DNA of 16,696 nucleotides from an uncultured Chloroflexia bacterium (GTDB lineage: Bacteria > Chloroflexota > Limnocylindria > Limnocylindrales > CSP1-4). Every line of letters begins with the position of its first letter. The first letter of the stretch is position 1. Below the pieces are notes generated by a model, which worked only from the letters and a program-made list of their open reading frames with translations, did not search any database and was not told the origin of the DNA. A program made the translations under genes and the position numbers. Location: positions 1 to 16,696 of the forward strand of contig CAVVCZ010000011.1 of assembly GCA_963746845.1 (NCBI GenBank), in the 5' to 3' direction. This document shows positions 15,582-16,696 of the stretch, piece after piece.

Positions 15582-16501
15582 CGGCACCGGTCGACGCTGC
15601 CGCGCCACCAGTCGCTCCACCCGCGGCGACCTCGATCCCGGCGACCCGGCGACCGCTCGCCGAGCGAATCTCCGGACTCGTCTTCGTCGTGCCCGGCGTG
15701 GTCTGGCTGGCGGCGTTCTTCCTCCTGCCGCTGGTCATCATCCTCGTGGTCAGCCTCGGCACGCGCGACGCAGCCGGTCACATCACGCTGGCCAACCCGG
15801 GGCTCCAGAACTACGCCCAGGCCACGCGCCCCGAGTACTTGCCGGCGTTCGCCAACTCGCTGAAGTACGCGCTGATCACAACGATCCTGTCGCTCGTCAT
15901 CGGCTACCCGATCGCCTACTGGATCTCCCGCTACGGCGGTTCGCGCAAGATCCTGCTGCTGATCCTCGTGATGCTGCCGTTCTGGACGAGCTATCTCATC
16001 CGGACCTACGCGTGGATGATCATCCTGCGGGACAACGGCGTCCTGAACTCGATCCTGCTGGCGACGGGCGTCATCAGCGACCCGATCCCGATCCTGAACT
16101 CGGACTTCGCCGTCATTCTCGGCATGACCTACGGGTTCCTGCCCTTCGCGATCCTGCCGCTGTACGTCTCCATCGACCGGCTGGACCCGCACCTCGTGGA
16201 GGCGGCCCGGGACCTGTTCGCGTCCGGCCGCGGCGCGTTCCGCCACGTGACGCTGCCGATGACGATGCCCGGGATCGTGGCAGCCGCGCTCCTGACGTTC
16301 ATCCCGGCGATGGGCGACTACGTGACGCCCGACCTGCTCGGCGGTGCGCAGACGACGACGATCGCCAAGATCATCCAGGTCCTGTTCACGAGCGGCCGGG
16401 ACTGGCCGTACGGCTCGGCGCTCGGGTTCCTGCTGATGGTCGTGACGCTGGGCGGGACGTTCCTCGCGTTGCGGACGCTCCGGCGTGAGGTGATCGGGTG
16501 A
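15578..16501 (+). CDS. potB: Polyamine-family ABC transporter permease
   Basis: GTGA overlap with potD. IGYPIAYWI, LVMLPFWTSYLIRTYAW, LPFAILPLY, EAA loop LVEAARDL.A, VTLPMTMPGI, FIPAMGDYVTPDLLGG and DWPYGSA. Confidence 0.9.
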   Translation: MTAPVDAAAPPVAPPAATSIPATRRPLAERISGLVFVVPGVVWLAAFFLLPLVIILVVSLGTRDAAGHITLANPGLQNYAQATRPEYLPAFANSLKYALITTILSLVIGYPIAYWISRYGGSRKILLLILVMLPFWTSYLIRTYAWMIILRDNGVLNSILLATGVISDPIPILNSDFAVILGMTYGFLPFAILPLYVSIDRLDPHLVEAARDLFASGRGAFRHVTLPMTMPGIVAAALLTFIPAMGDYVTPDLLGGAQTTTIAKIIQVLFTSGRDWPYGSALGFLLMVVTLGGTFLALRTLRREVIG

Positions 16502-16696
16502 AGCCGCACAACCGCTGGCTGTCCGGGTTCGCGCTGCTGGTCTACGCGATCCTGTTCGCCCCGATCGTCGTCCTGATCATCTTCAGCTTCAACCAGTCGC
16601 GCCGGAACTTCGTCTGGCAGGGCTTCACCCTCGACTGGTACCCGCGGCTCTTTGCGAACCGCGACCTGCTCGACTCGATCGGCGTGACGCTCCAGG
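16498..16696 (+). CDS. potC: Polyamine-family ABC transporter permease, N-terminal part (runs off the window)
   Basis: GTG 16498 overlaps the potB stop. Manual translation MKPHNRWLSGFALLVYAILFAPIVVLIIFSFNQSRRNFVWQGFTLDWYPRLF... carries the PotC-like P...L...SFN...W.GFTL.WY motif. Confidence 0.85.
   Translation, partial: MKPHNRWLSGFALLVYAILFAPIVVLIIFSFNQSRRNFVWQGFTLDWYPRLFANRDLLDSIGVTLQ

Noticed and set aside
1-16696. CRISPR arrays, IS/transposases, integrases, tRNA/rRNA, defence or toxin genes
   Set aside because: I saw no regularly spaced repeats, terminal inverted repeats or relevant protein motifs. Intergenic gaps are all under about 135 bp and are accounted for.

Overview
High-GC (roughly 70% by eye) bacterial DNA, almost fully coding, with three parts. 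(1) An apparently complete L-rhamnose utilisation locus of two divergent operons around an AT-rich control region (5984-6115). Leftward: DeoR-family regulator, sugar ABC transporter (ATPase, two permeases, lipoprotein binding protein) and L-rhamnose mutarotase, which is cut by the window edge and missing from the ORF track. Rightward: RhaI-type isomerase, fused aldolase/dehydrogenase RhaEW, rhamnulokinase and an FMN-dependent LldD-type L-lactate dehydrogenase. (2) A DUF72-family gene convergent with lldD. (3) A potA-potD-potB-potC-like ABC transporter, with potC truncated. I see no mobile element, CRISPR array, tRNA or rRNA, and no convincing wholly new system; this is mostly known metabolism. 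The best leads are helically phased GAAA repeats over two back-to-back promoters, probable leaderless transcription of DUF72 and potA, a PotD-like Tat lipoprotein with an altered ligand pocket, and a tether motif shared by the two binding lipoproteins. All family calls come from motif recognition, not database searches.
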